Assembly: GCA_002340265.1 (NCBI GenBank)
Contig: DDLT01000057.1
Location: forward strand, 1-51,926
Length of the DNA: 51,926 bases
Direction: 5' to 3'
DNA from: Lentisphaeria bacterium UBA2565
GTDB lineage: Bacteria; Verrucomicrobiota; Lentisphaeria; UBA2565
Part shown: in pieces, positions 1 to 9,731 of the stretch
How the letters are laid out: each line of letters starts with the position of its first letter
Numbering within the stretch: position 1 is the first letter of the stretch
Translations under genes and position numbers: made by a program
The notes under the pieces: model-generated
Database searches by the model: none
Told to the model about the DNA's origin: nothing
What the model saw: only the letters and a program-made list of their open reading frames with translations

Positions 1-1023
1 GCGGTGACTACAATCGCTAAAGCAGGGGATCATATTATCGCATCATCTTCTCTTTATGGTGGAACTGAAACTCTTTTCCGTCACACGCTTCCTAAATTCG
101 GTATCGAGGTGACATTCCTTGAAGATATTACTGCTGACAAAATTGCAGCAGAAGTGAAAGATAACACACGTCTGGTTTATCTTGAAACTATTGGTAACCC
201 ACGTGGTGATGTGGCAGACCTTAAAGTAATAACTGATGCGGCACACGCTCAGGGACTTCCAGTTCTTATCGATAACACATTCGCTCCGCAGATTTGTAAG
301 CCGATTGAACACGGTGTTGACGTGGTGATTTACTCTTGTACTAAATGGCTTGGTGGACACGGCACATCTGTTGGTGGTGTGATCATCGACAGCGGTAACT
401 TTAACTGGGGACAAGGTCGTCACCCTGAGTTTACCACACCTGATGCAAGTTATCACGATCTTGTATACTGGGATGCACTTGGAAACGTGCCTGGAATGGG
501 TAATGTCGCGTTTATTCTAAAAGCGCGTGTTGAAGGTCTTCGTAATATCGGAATGAGTCAAAGCCCATTTAACTCATTCCAGATTATTCAAGGTATTGAA
601 ACTTTACCACTTCGTGTGAAAAAGCATGGTGAAAATGCGCTTGAGCTAGCAAACTGGCTGAAAGCACAGCCGGAAGTGGCATGGGTTTCATTTACTGGAC
701 TTGAAGAGCATCCAAGTCATGAAACTGCGAAGAAATATCTAAAAGGTAGCTTCGGTTCAGTTCTAGGCTTCGGAGTAAAAGGCGGCGCGGAAGCTGCTGA
801 AAAATTCATCAACAACGTGAAACTTGCGTTCCATTTGGCGAATGTGGGTGATGCGAGAACATTGGTGATTCACCCAGCTTCAACAACGCATCAGCAGCTG
901 TCTGCGGAAGCTCAGGAAGCATGTGGAATAAAACCTGACTTTGTACGTGTTTCGGTTGGTATCGAAGAAATTGCAGATATCAAAGCCGACTTTAAACAGG
1001 CGCTTGAGGCATCTCAGAAGTAA
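1..1023 (+). CDS. metY: O-acetylhomoserine sulfhydrylase/aminocarboxypropyltransferase (PLP-dependent Cys/Met-metabolism family), 5'-truncated by the window edge
   Basis: Frame 1 is open from nt 1. Shows the C-terminal part of a MetY/Met17-type enzyme: PLP-lysine motif SCTKWLGGHG, HPASTTHQQL, and VRVSVGIE near the end. TAA stop is followed by hairpins. Confidence 0.85.
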   Translation, partial: AVTTIAKAGDHIIASSSLYGGTETLFRHTLPKFGIEVTFLEDITADKIAAEVKDNTRLVYLETIGNPRGDVADLKVITDAAHAQGLPVLIDNTFAPQICKPIEHGVDVVIYSCTKWLGGHGTSVGGVIIDSGNFNWGQGRHPEFTTPDASYHDLVYWDALGNVPGMGNVAFILKARVEGLRNIGMSQSPFNSFQIIQGIETLPLRVKKHGENALELANWLKAQPEVAWVSFTGLEEHPSHETAKKYLKGSFGSVLGFGVKGGAEAAEKFINNVKLAFHLANVGDARTLVIHPASTTHQQLSAEAQEACGIKPDFVRVSVGIEEIADIKADFKQALEASQK

Positions 1024-1092
1024 GTACAATTAAAGCCATCTCATAGCGATGGCTTCACTATCCACCTTTTAACAGTGGATTTACTAAAATTC

Positions 1093-1135
1093 AAAGCCGT
1101 TCAGAAAGTGATTTACTTTTTGGACGGCTTTTTTG
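1093..1135 (+). terminator. Intrinsic terminator downstream of metY
   Basis: AAAGCCGTTC (1093-1102) pairs with GGACGGCTTT (1122-1131) with one G-U pair, followed by a T-run. A second short hairpin lies at 1033-1055. Confidence 0.6.
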
Positions 1136-1252
1136 TGTTTGGTGATTGTATAATCGACTTTTCTCTCTATGATTTTATCAGCAAATAAATTGTAGTTATT
1201 GGTGATGAATCGCTGATATTCAGAAATGATAATTAATAAGTTTGGGGAATTT

Positions 1253-3451
1253 ATGAGTTTTAAACATCTATCTGTGATGGCCTTTTTGGGGTTGGCAATC
1301 TGTTCATTTGGAGAATATGAACAGTCTGAAATAAAGTTAACACCGTTTTATGAAAAACAGGGCGGAGTTGGAACGGCATTTGTTAGAGCGGCAAAACAGA
1401 CCGCGATTATAAATAGTCTGCCGAAAGTAAAACGTGTTGAGCGTAAAGCCTGTGTGTTTAAGAGTTATGCAGAACAGTATATTGAATGCCAACGGGTCGG
1501 AAAACTTTTCATGAATCGTGATTTCAAGGCGTTGAATGAGGCTTTGGAGCGTTATAATGGAATGTTGGATGTGGGTGGTTGTTCGTATATCTATGAGTTG
1601 AACTGTTTCATTCAAGGCCGTTTTGGAGGTTTTGAGATTGCGAAGGAGTGGAACTCCGGCAAGTTTAACTCCGGTTTTTCAGAGGCTATTTTGGCGGATT
1701 ATTACATCACCCGAGCTTGGTTTTCACGAACAGATTCTTCGGGGAAGTATGTAACGGATAAGGGTTGGGAGCTGTTTCGTAAATATATCGCTAAGGCACA
1801 TGAACATGCTATGCAGTCATTTAAGAAGAACCCATCACTGTCCCTTGGTGTTTCACCTCTTCTTCGGTGTGTTGGTTCATCTGGAGGAAGCGATAACAGT
1901 GCGTTGTACCTTTGGGCAAATCTGGCTCTGGAAATTGAACCGTGGAATATAGATATAATTCGTTCGACCTATCATTTTTTACAGCCTAAATGGGGCGGCA
2001 GTTTTGAAGCATTAAAGCAAATTGATAGTGAAATTTCTAGTGTTGATCAAAGTTTTGTACCTACTGCGTTAATGAAATTCAAGTTATTCCGTGCTGTGAG
2101 GGTAATTTATGACTGTTCAGGTGCGTCAAGAGAACAGTGGCAGGCAGTCAATCGTGACTGTTTTGAAAGTACAGAGAAAGCTATTCGAGAGAGGCTTATT
2201 ACAAAATTTCCAGATCGGGTCGTTTACATGGAAACGCTTTTGAAGGCTGCGATTTATTTTGGTTATTGGGAGGATTTTGACCGAATCTTCGATGAAGCTG
2301 TTAAAATCTTTCCAAATGAATACATACTTTATTTTCAGAAAAATGAAAAACTGAAGAAAGCTCAGAGTAAAGATTACGAGGCTCGTTTGAAAAACTTAAA
2401 GAAAGCGGAGTCACTTTTCTCAAATGACGGCCTGATTCATTACGAGTTGGCATTAATTGGTAAAGAAAAGCCGGAATTGGTGTCGAAAGCTGAACGTGAT
2501 AACTATCTGAAGCGTGCCGAAGAACTTTTAAATAACTCTGAAAATGTACAGAAGACAAAGCTGTTGAGGTTTGAGCTTTTGGTTCAAGATAAAAAATATG
2601 CTGAAGCTGATGCTTATATAAAATCAATTCCTCCTCATTCTATCACTAAGCAGGACTTTTCAGAAAAAATTGCACTGTTTTATGCTGATGAATCGTATGG
2701 TTTTTTCGATATGGAAAAAGCTTGGCAGTTTTACATGCTTAACTGGACGTTGCGTTATAGGGAAAATTTGGATAAGAATGTACTTGCTCAAAGCAGTGCT
2801 GGCGGCTCGAACGTTTGCAAGGAGTGGGTTCGCATGGGAGATAAGTTTTATGATAAATATACGGATGATTATCGGGGTGCTTATACGCTTTTAAAGATGC
2901 ATTATGGAAAAGCGGAAGCTTATGTAAATGAAAAAACACCTGAGTCGGTGAAATCGGATTTTTTTTATGAAAAAGGGAAGGTTCACTTTTTTACAAACAG
3001 TAATGCGGAGGCTTTTAAGGCATTTGAGAAATCAGTGAGCCTTGAAGAGACATTTAATAACATTTCCTTTTACGCTCGAGCGGCACAGCGGCTAAAGAAA
3101 AATGATGTGATGAATGAATATTTTGAAAAATGTTGGCAGCTTTGTAAGGATGATGAGCATTTGAATTCATATCGATCTTATGTGGCACGAGCTTATGCGA
3201 ATGTACTTCTCAAGCAAAAGAAGTATAACAAGGTGTTACAGATTACGGAAAAGGTTTTGAATTCGAAGTATTTGGATAATTTTGATAACACAGACTGTCT
3301 TTGCTTAAAAGCGGCGGTTTCTTTGCATCGTGAGGAATATGGAAATACCGAAACCCTTTTAACTCAGGCAAATGAAATCTGCGAATATAAATACTTACGT
3401 AAAAAAATTAAAAGATTGCAGGCTAAGCTTAAGAAAGCCCAAAAAAAATAG
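1253..3451 (+). CDS. Secreted helical-repeat (TPR/Sel1-like) protein of unknown function
   Basis: Long ORF. ATG at 1253 is preceded by GGGGA. N-terminal hydrophobic signal-like segment MSFKHLSVMAFLGLAICSFG. Lys/Glu/Tyr-rich helical-repeat composition. No family recognised. Confidence 0.6.
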   Translation: MSFKHLSVMAFLGLAICSFGEYEQSEIKLTPFYEKQGGVGTAFVRAAKQTAIINSLPKVKRVERKACVFKSYAEQYIECQRVGKLFMNRDFKALNEALERYNGMLDVGGCSYIYELNCFIQGRFGGFEIAKEWNSGKFNSGFSEAILADYYITRAWFSRTDSSGKYVTDKGWELFRKYIAKAHEHAMQSFKKNPSLSLGVSPLLRCVGSSGGSDNSALYLWANLALEIEPWNIDIIRSTYHFLQPKWGGSFEALKQIDSEISSVDQSFVPTALMKFKLFRAVRVIYDCSGASREQWQAVNRDCFESTEKAIRERLITKFPDRVVYMETLLKAAIYFGYWEDFDRIFDEAVKIFPNEYILYFQKNEKLKKAQSKDYEARLKNLKKAESLFSNDGLIHYELALIGKEKPELVSKAERDNYLKRAEELLNNSENVQKTKLLRFELLVQDKKYAEADAYIKSIPPHSITKQDFSEKIALFYADESYGFFDMEKAWQFYMLNWTLRYRENLDKNVLAQSSAGGSNVCKEWVRMGDKFYDKYTDDYRGAYTLLKMHYGKAEAYVNEKTPESVKSDFFYEKGKVHFFTNSNAEAFKAFEKSVSLEETFNNISFYARAAQRLKKNDVMNEYFEKCWQLCKDDEHLNSYRSYVARAYANVLLKQKKYNKVLQITEKVLNSKYLDNFDNTDCLCLKAAVSLHREEYGNTETLLTQANEICEYKYLRKKIKRLQAKLKKAQKK

Positions 3452-3504
3452 TTGGCAATCTATATCTGATTTTTGATATTAAGATAACGGAGAATTTGTG
3501 GGTT

Positions 3505-6051
3505 ATGAAAAACGTTTTGTTAAAGGTTGTTGTTCTTTACATTGTTATGATGCTTTTCGGTTGTGCGTCCAGTAAACGTATGATGCGTATTTCGCCGCTT
3601 TCTGAAGAAATTAATGATAAACTGTCGTCTACAACCCGAACTAACGCCTGGCCGGTCTACTATCATGATAATGGTGTTAGTTCGTTATTTTGGCCATTTA
3701 TTGATTGGGATAAAAATGGTTTTGCATTTCGACCTATTTACAACCAGGAAGGAAATGATAAGTCAATTCTGTGGCCGTTGAGTGGATGGAATTCAGAAAA
3801 AGGCGATGGCTGGGCTCTTAGCGCATATTGGCATAATGACTATCATGGGCTATTTCCGATTTACCATTATACACCTGAAGAATTGAGCTATTACCTTCTC
3901 TATTGGAGAAATGGTCGTGATGCTCAGGGACTTTTACCGCTTTACGGGTATAGCAAAGATTATTGTCACTTCCTTAATGTGTATTGGGGACGCGGTAATT
4001 AAAGTGAGGTTTACGGGCTGTTTCCATTTTACTTTCATTCACAAAAATCATCAATGATTCCGTTGATTTATAACCGTACAAGTTCTGCTGATAAATATGA
4101 TTATCTATATTTATTAGGATTAGGAGCTCGCTTTTGCAAAGACAAAAATGGTGAAATGTCTTACGTTGTCCCTTTCTGGTACAACCAGCAGTATGGAAAC
4201 GGTACAGGACTTACAGCGATTACACCTTTTTATTGGAACTGGAAGAGTGCTGAAAATAGCAATTCATCGCTTCTTTTTCCGCTTTATTATCAGAGTTCAA
4301 CTCCTAAAACAAGCCGGATTCATTCCCTTCTAGGTCATAATATTGTAAAAGAGAATGAAGAATCATTTGCCGTCTATCCGCTTTTTTTCAAAGGGAAAAG
4401 CCCGGATATTTCGTATAACTTTCTTGTTCCGCTCTATTATAAGCAGGTTGTTGATGGCGAGTCGTTGTTTGTGACTCCGCTAGGTGGTTATAGTCATGAC
4501 CCGACAGGAAAACATAAATTTACTAATTTCCTCGGACCTGTCTATATAAACCGTAGGGATTCAGATTATTACTTTAATTCGGTGTTTTGGCCGTTTTATG
4601 TGTCGCATGGCGACCAATCATATTCCAGTAGATGGCTTTTTCTGTTTTTTAGAGCTAAACAAGACAATGAGAGTGAACTGTTAAATGTGATGCTGTTGGC
4701 TTACCATTCTGAATCAAATAAGAACGGTGAGTTCTGGAAACATGTTTGTTGGCCTTTTTATATAGATAATGGCGATGCAGACAAAAGAAATACATATTAT
4801 ACACCGTTTTATATGCGACACCGTACCGACGATTTGGATAGGCACCTTTTAATGTTCGGATTGGGGAAATATGAGAAGTGTAATAGAGGTGCTGGTTACC
4901 GAATTTGGCCGTTTGCCTCAGGTTATGACTATAAAACTAAATTCAACCTTTTTGACTACACTATTTACGGAATGCGCCAACGCGGTAAAAAAACAACAAA
5001 CTGGCTTTTTCCATTTTATTACGGATGGAACCGTGAAAACCAGACAGATCGACAGTTCCTGTTATCGATTGCCCGCTCTTACAGCAACGGAGAAAATTAT
5101 AGACGGAGTCTGTGGCCGTTTTTTTTAGTAAGTACGGCTTTTGAGAAGAAAAACTTTTGGGACGACTTAGGACTATTTTTGTTTGAAAACCATAATTATG
5201 AAAATCAAAAACGGTCCGGTTGGTCAACGTTTGGTGTGCTTGGATTTTCGCATGAAAAAAGTGTGCACAAGAATGCTGAACAGTCGTCGTCAAATAACCA
5301 TTTTCTACTGTTCGGGTCTAAGAAAAGTAACAATTATAATTTAAATCAAATTCCCGAGCCACTGACTTATTCATACCAGAGAACCATCAAAAGTAATGAA
5401 TTCAACTATTTGCTTTACTCTGATAGTGAAAATCACTTTAGAGTTTGGGAAAAAGACGCGTTGACGGATGATGAAATGAAAACTATCAGTCATTGGGTTT
5501 ATAAAACCGGACAAAAGTATGGTTCGATGAAAATTAAGAGCTCAGGTATTTCGTTTGACGAAAACTCCGGTACTAACTTTTCATACTATACAAAAGAGAC
5601 CAGTGAAGAGTTAACAGAGAAGGTTAAAGCAATTCTTACTAAATATGAAGTAGACTATGCGTCGGATGAAAAAGCTAAGCTGAGAACTGCCGTCGAAAAA
5701 CTGGCGGAGAAGAAAAGTAACATCACCGTTGAGAGTAATAACGCATTCTGGCCGTTTTATGACTATTCATCAAGTGAAGGAAACCATAAATTTGAGTTCT
5801 TGTTTGGTGTGGCGAGTTCCAAGCGGGTAGGGGACAAGTCAAGAACTACAGTTTTAAAGTATCTCTATCGAAGAGAGCAGGAAGGTGAGAATGTACGTCG
5901 CGATATTTTCCCATTTATAAGTGTAGATAGTGGAGAAAATGGTGGTCATTCATTTTTAGGAAAGTTGTGGAATTTCAGGAAAGGGAAGGAGGGACGTTAT
6001 GGTCACTTCCTTTTTATTCCATGGGGAAAGCATCCAGAAGAAAAAAAATAG
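3505..6051 (+). pseudogene. Aromatic-Pro (WPFY/FPLYY) repeat lipoprotein interrupted by an in-frame TAA at 4000-4002. Could instead be two CDS, 3505..4002 and 4054..6051.
   Basis: Track ORFs 3496..4002 and 4054..6051 share one frame and are separated by a single stop. The repeat continues through it (GRGN*SEVYGLFPFYFHS). A signal peptide plus lipobox (LFGC) exists only on the first part. Confidence 0.6.
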
Positions 6052-6062
6052 GAGTGAAAATA

Positions 6063-6577
6063 TGACTTTAGTATCTGTAAGCTGTAACAGTTGTGGCGCG
6101 GCGTTGAACGTGTCTAATAAAAGCAAGTTTGTAACATGTAATTATTGTAAGTCTCAATTGAAAGTAGAGTCGTCGGGCGAGACTTTTTATACGGAAATCC
6201 TTGATGAAATTAAGGATGTGGCTGATGATGTGGAAACGATCAAGCTTCAAAATCAACTTGAACGATTGGACCGTGAATGGGAGATGAAGTGTAAAAGTTT
6301 TATGGTTCGTGATAATGATGGACATGAACACATACCTACAGCAGGAGGTAGCGCCGCTGGGGGAATTATCGCTGTTGTAGGTGGTATTATCTGGATGATT
6401 TTTACAGCAAGTATGCCGGGAGATCCTGCAATATTTCCTCTTTTCGGATTAGTTTTCATTGCCGTTGGTGTGATTGGTTCATTCTCGAATGGCTCAAAAG
6501 CATCTGAATACCAAACACAAAAACAGCAGTATGATGCGAAGCGTCGACAGTTGATTAAGCAATTAAAGAATCGATAA
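6063..6577 (+). CDS. Zinc-ribbon membrane protein (N-terminal CxxC...CxxC, coiled segment, C-terminal TM helices)
   Basis: ATG at 6063 follows AGGAG. Sequence MTLVSVSCNSCGAALNV...TCNYCKSQLKV. Gly/Ile-rich TM segment. Paralogue of the next gene. Confidence 0.7.
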
Positions 6578-6594
6578 CGGTTTAGGAGTTTAGT

Positions 6595-7128
6595 ATGGAA
6601 ACAGTTTCAGTTTGTTGTGATAGTTGCGGGGCTAGTTTGGAGTTTCCCAATGGTGTTTCTTTTGTCACTTGTAACTATTGCAAATCGAAGTTGAAGGTGA
6701 AACAGACAAGTTCGACATCTTATACTGAGATTGTTGAAGAGGTTCGTGCAATGTCCGAAGATGTAGAGAGCCTTAAGAAGGAGAGTAGACTCGAACGCCT
6801 TGATCGTGAGTGGGAATCTCAGAAAGAGCTTTTTATGATTAAAAAGAAAAATGGATTCTCTTATCTGCCGACTGATGTGGTTTCGTTTAGTCAGTTTATT
6901 CCGGTTCTGTTCGGAGGTTTAATTGGTTTTGTGACGTTGTCTATTGTTCTTTTGAGCGGGAACAAAGTGGAAGGTGTTACAATTTTTATGCTCATCCTTT
7001 CGGTTTTGACCATTCTATTTGGACTGTTCTTAATTCAAAATCGTTATAAAATGAAGAACTTATATCTGAAAGCTGAGTTGAGGTACAAGGATTCTCGCCG
7101 CAAGCTTCTAAAAGAGATGAACTCTTAG
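6595..7128 (+). CDS. Zinc-ribbon membrane protein, tandem paralogue of 6063..6577
   Basis: METVSVCCDSCGASLEF...TCNYCKSKLKV. Shares the LERLDREWE motif and the C-terminal TM region. RBS AGGAG upstream. Confidence 0.7.
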   Translation: METVSVCCDSCGASLEFPNGVSFVTCNYCKSKLKVKQTSSTSYTEIVEEVRAMSEDVESLKKESRLERLDREWESQKELFMIKKKNGFSYLPTDVVSFSQFIPVLFGGLIGFVTLSIVLLSGNKVEGVTIFMLILSVLTILFGLFLIQNRYKMKNLYLKAELRYKDSRRKLLKEMNS

Positions 7129-7195
7129 GTGTGACTTAGGAATTGAAATTGTCGAACTTCCTTGTAGCTTTAGATGTGTTTTCGAACATGTTGAA

Positions 7196-7597
7196 ATGAA
7201 CTATAAGTCAATAATAATGAGGTTATTTATGAGTGATGAGAAGCCAATGTCTATAACAACAAAATCTTCTTTGATTGCTGTGATTCTTACTGCGATTCTT
7301 TTTGTGATGTTTTACCAGCGCTTGAATGGAGTGATCAGTTATATTATTTCGGTTAATATTGTGACATTTATTTATTATGGAATTGATAAATGGTCGGCGA
7401 CGAAAGACTGGAATCGTACTCCGGAAGTGGTTTTGCATGGTTTGGCGCTTGCAGGTGGCTCTCCTGTGGCTTTTCTAGCGCAAAAGGTGTTTAATCACAA
7501 AACTGTTAAAACAGACTTTCAAGTAGTGTATTGGATTATTGTGATTGTGCAGGTTGTCTTGATTTTCTTTTACTTTTTTAAATGGGCAAGGGGGTAG
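7196..7597 (+). CDS. DUF1294 family membrane protein
   Basis: Motif YGIDKWSATKDWNRTPEVVLHGLALAGGSPVAFLAQKVFNHKTVK matches the DUF1294 signature (YGxDKxxA...R.PE..L....GG..GA....FRHKT.K). The start could be an internal ATG. Confidence 0.75.
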   Translation: MNYKSIIMRLFMSDEKPMSITTKSSLIAVILTAILFVMFYQRLNGVISYIISVNIVTFIYYGIDKWSATKDWNRTPEVVLHGLALAGGSPVAFLAQKVFNHKTVKTDFQVVYWIIVIVQVVLIFFYFFKWARG

Positions 7598-7603
7598 TCT
7601 CAA

Positions 7604-7632
7604 CTATCAGTCAGCAGTGAACAGTTATCAGT
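7604..7632. repeat. Heptad-periodic low-complexity tract (nnnCAGT x4)
   Basis: CAGT at 7608, 7615, 7622 and 7629. Confidence 0.7.
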
Positions 7633-7685
7633 TTTTAATGAATAAAAAGTGAAAACGTAAATCACTGGTGGCTAAGGAAGTCATT

Positions 7686-8186
7686 ATGAAAACTGTTTAT
7701 GTAAATGATAAGATGCAGCAGGGGTATAGTTATATCTTGACCGAACCGGAAGGCGAAAATTTTCATCCTGACTTTGAGCCGGAGTTGTCACCCAAGGAGT
7801 TACTTGAGCTTGGTGTGTTCGGTGGAAAGTATATGACTGACTGCCGGGAAGAGTTTCCTGATGAGTGGTTTGTAAGTGCTAAGTTAAGTCCTAATGGTAA
7901 GAATATAGATTTGAACTATTTTGGTGTAGATGCGTCGCAACCGTTAGCGAAGTGGATTGAAAAGGGCTGGATTAATCCCCAGGACCCACGTGGCTGGTTT
8001 CAATGGTATTGTCGTTATTATATGGGGCGTCGTACAGATGATGACTTACGACAGATCAAGCGTTGGCGGGCATTTAGGCGTCATATCGGTGCGATCAAAA
8101 AGTTCTGTAAACCTTTTGATATGGATTGTCGTAAAAAGCAGCGACAGGCACTTTTGCACTGGGCCTACGATTCAAGAAAAATTTAA
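7686..8186 (+). CDS. Conserved hypothetical cytoplasmic protein
   Basis: ATG at 7686 is preceded by AAGGAAG. Trp/Arg-rich motif GWFQWYCRYYMGRRTDDDLRQIKRW. Family not recognised. Confidence 0.6.
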   Translation: MKTVYVNDKMQQGYSYILTEPEGENFHPDFEPELSPKELLELGVFGGKYMTDCREEFPDEWFVSAKLSPNGKNIDLNYFGVDASQPLAKWIEKGWINPQDPRGWFQWYCRYYMGRRTDDDLRQIKRWRAFRRHIGAIKKFCKPFDMDCRKKQRQALLHWAYDSRKI

Positions 8187-8207
8187 AAAAGCAAAGCCGT
8201 GAGATTT

Positions 8208-8684
8208 AACCACGAATGATTCGAATGAAACGAATAAGGGCTCTTTATGAGTGAAATTTTATTCAAAACTGAATCGTATGATATTATTGGTTCTTGTTTT
8301 AATGTTTACAACAATATTGGACATGGTCTGCTTTAACCTATTTATCAAGAGTCGCTTGAATTGGAATTTGATGAGCAACTTGTTCCATTTTGTGCTCAAA
8401 AAGAGTTGGATATTTATTACTGTGGAACCCTGTTAAAGAAAAAATATATCCCCGATTTTATCTGTTATGGAAAGATTATTGTAGAGATAAAATCAGTAAA
8501 GGTTTTGTTACCAGAACACGAGGCTCAGCTTTTCAACTACTTAAGAATAACTGGAATGAAACTTGGCCTCTTAGTTAACTTTGGCTGTTATCCTAAATTG
8601 GAATACAAACAAATAGTCTGTAATACGATTCTTTAGTTTTTAAAAAATTCGTCTCATTTGATTGATTCGTGGTTTAAAATGTGA
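8208..8684 (+). mobile_element. Non-autonomous cassette of about 477 bp inserted in a terminator loop. It has 31-nt imperfect terminal inverted repeats, a flanking 15-bp direct duplication, and carries a GxxExxY gene.
   Basis: AAAGCCGTGAGATTT occurs at 8193-8207 and again at 8685-8699. Left arm 8205-8235 (TTTAACCACGAATGATTCGAATGAAACGAAT) matches the reverse complement of 8647-8677 at 26 of 31 positions. Confidence 0.5.
8247..8636 (+). pseudogene. GxxExxY family protein (PD-(D/E)XK-like, 23S-IVS-associated family) with TAA replacing the signature Glu
   Basis: ATG at 8247 gives MSEILFKTESYDIIGSCFNVYNNIGHGLL*PIYQESLELEF..., in the same frame as track ORF 8361..8636. The motif G-L-L-(E)-P-I-Y carries TAA at 8334-8336 where GAA is expected. 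Confidence 0.75.
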
Positions 8685-8715
8685 AAAGCCGTGAGATTTT
8701 TGCTCTCACGGCTTT
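8685..8715. terminator. Bidirectional intrinsic terminator between convergent genes
   Basis: Perfect 12-bp stem: AAAGCCGTGAGA (8685-8696) with TCTCACGGCTTT (8704-8715). A/T runs on both sides. Confidence 0.7.
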
Positions 8716-8720
8716 GTTGT

Positions 8721-9731
8721 TTAAGCATATAGTGTTTTGCCATTTATCCAACTGAAGTCGATGGGATCATTTGTGAGTTTGCGGCGTTGCGATAGTTTTT
8801 TATACCTCGGAGCCAGTTTGCATAGGAACTCCTGCGCTTTTTCTGCTTCATTTGAAAGTCCCGATAGATTTTTAAGATTCCACTTTTCTACTAGATAACC
8901 GACAATTTCAGCATAATCGTTTGCAGTATAAACACCGGCTTTCTGAGCCACACGGGAAAAGCTGTCATAAAGGTTTTGGTCTTTGCCGTCAAACATCGAT
9001 TGCGACGGCATGGCGATTTGGTGACGCATCATTTTTTCAAACGCCAAGACTACTCCGTTTGGATCGATTTGCAGCATTTTTTCAATGAAAAATTGATAGG
9101 CTTCTTCGTGTCGTTTTTCATCAGCACAGATAGCGGCGCAGATTCTCTGCAACTGTTTATCTCCCGCTTTTGCCGCGAGACGTCCCGTGTTACGATGTGA
9201 AATTTTGGTGGCGCGTTCTTGAAAAGAGGTGTAGATAAATCCAAGATATGGATCAGTTCCAGTGCCGGAATCAAAGCCGTTGTTGATTAGGTGTTGAATT
9301 GTAATTTGCACAGCTTTCATGTCGACTCGCCCGGAAAGTAGTAAATATTGTGACAAAAGGTCACCATGGCGGTTTTCTTCGGCAGTCCAGCCGCGAACCC
9401 ACCTAGAAAGTACATTGCTGCTTGTACCAGTGGGGTCGTGAAAGCCTTCAAGTCGATTGAACCAGCTCATATAAGTCGGCAACGCTTCTTCGGTGATCAT
9501 GTCGCCGACTAATGAAATAATCAGTTCATCTGGCAGGGCTTGAGCACGTTGGCGAAGTTGATGAAGTTGTTCAATACCTTCATCGGTTTGCAGGTCTGGT
9601 AGAAAATCGGCGGGTTGCCAAGATGTTGAAATTGGATTTAAGAGGGTGTCGATATTGTTTTCGATATCTTTTTCTATGCTTTTGAGAACTTCGGTACGAC
9701 TGAGCAGTTCTCGATTTATGGAAGATGACAT
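8721..9731 (-). CDS. Soluble acyl-ACP desaturase (di-iron, plant/mycobacterial DesA type)
   Basis: Two di-iron motifs: TAEENRHGDLL and ADEKRHEEAY. Length and overall pattern fit stearoyl-ACP desaturase. Confidence 0.85.
   Translation of the reverse strand: MSSSINRELLSRTEVLKSIEKDIENNIDTLLNPISTSWQPADFLPDLQTDEGIEQLHQLRQRAQALPDELIISLVGDMITEEALPTYMSWFNRLEGFHDPTGTSSNVLSRWVRGWTAEENRHGDLLSQYLLLSGRVDMKAVQITIQHLINNGFDSGTGTDPYLGFIYTSFQERATKISHRNTGRLAAKAGDKQLQRICAAICADEKRHEEAYQFFIEKMLQIDPNGVVLAFEKMMRHQIAMPSQSMFDGKDQNLYDSFSRVAQKAGVYTANDYAEIVGYLVEKWNLKNLSGLSNEAEKAQEFLCKLAPRYKKLSQRRKLTNDPIDFSWINGKTLYA

Noticed and set aside
5999-6062. N-terminal extension of the zinc-ribbon gene (track start 5999), and similar upstream track starts at 1226, 3496, 7668, 11998, 23960, 29850, 37255, 39658 and 41963
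   Set aside because: The extensions overlap the preceding gene or use GTG/TTG without an RBS. Internal ATG codons preceded by GGAG/AGGAG-type sites give N-termini that match signal peptides or family-typical starts.
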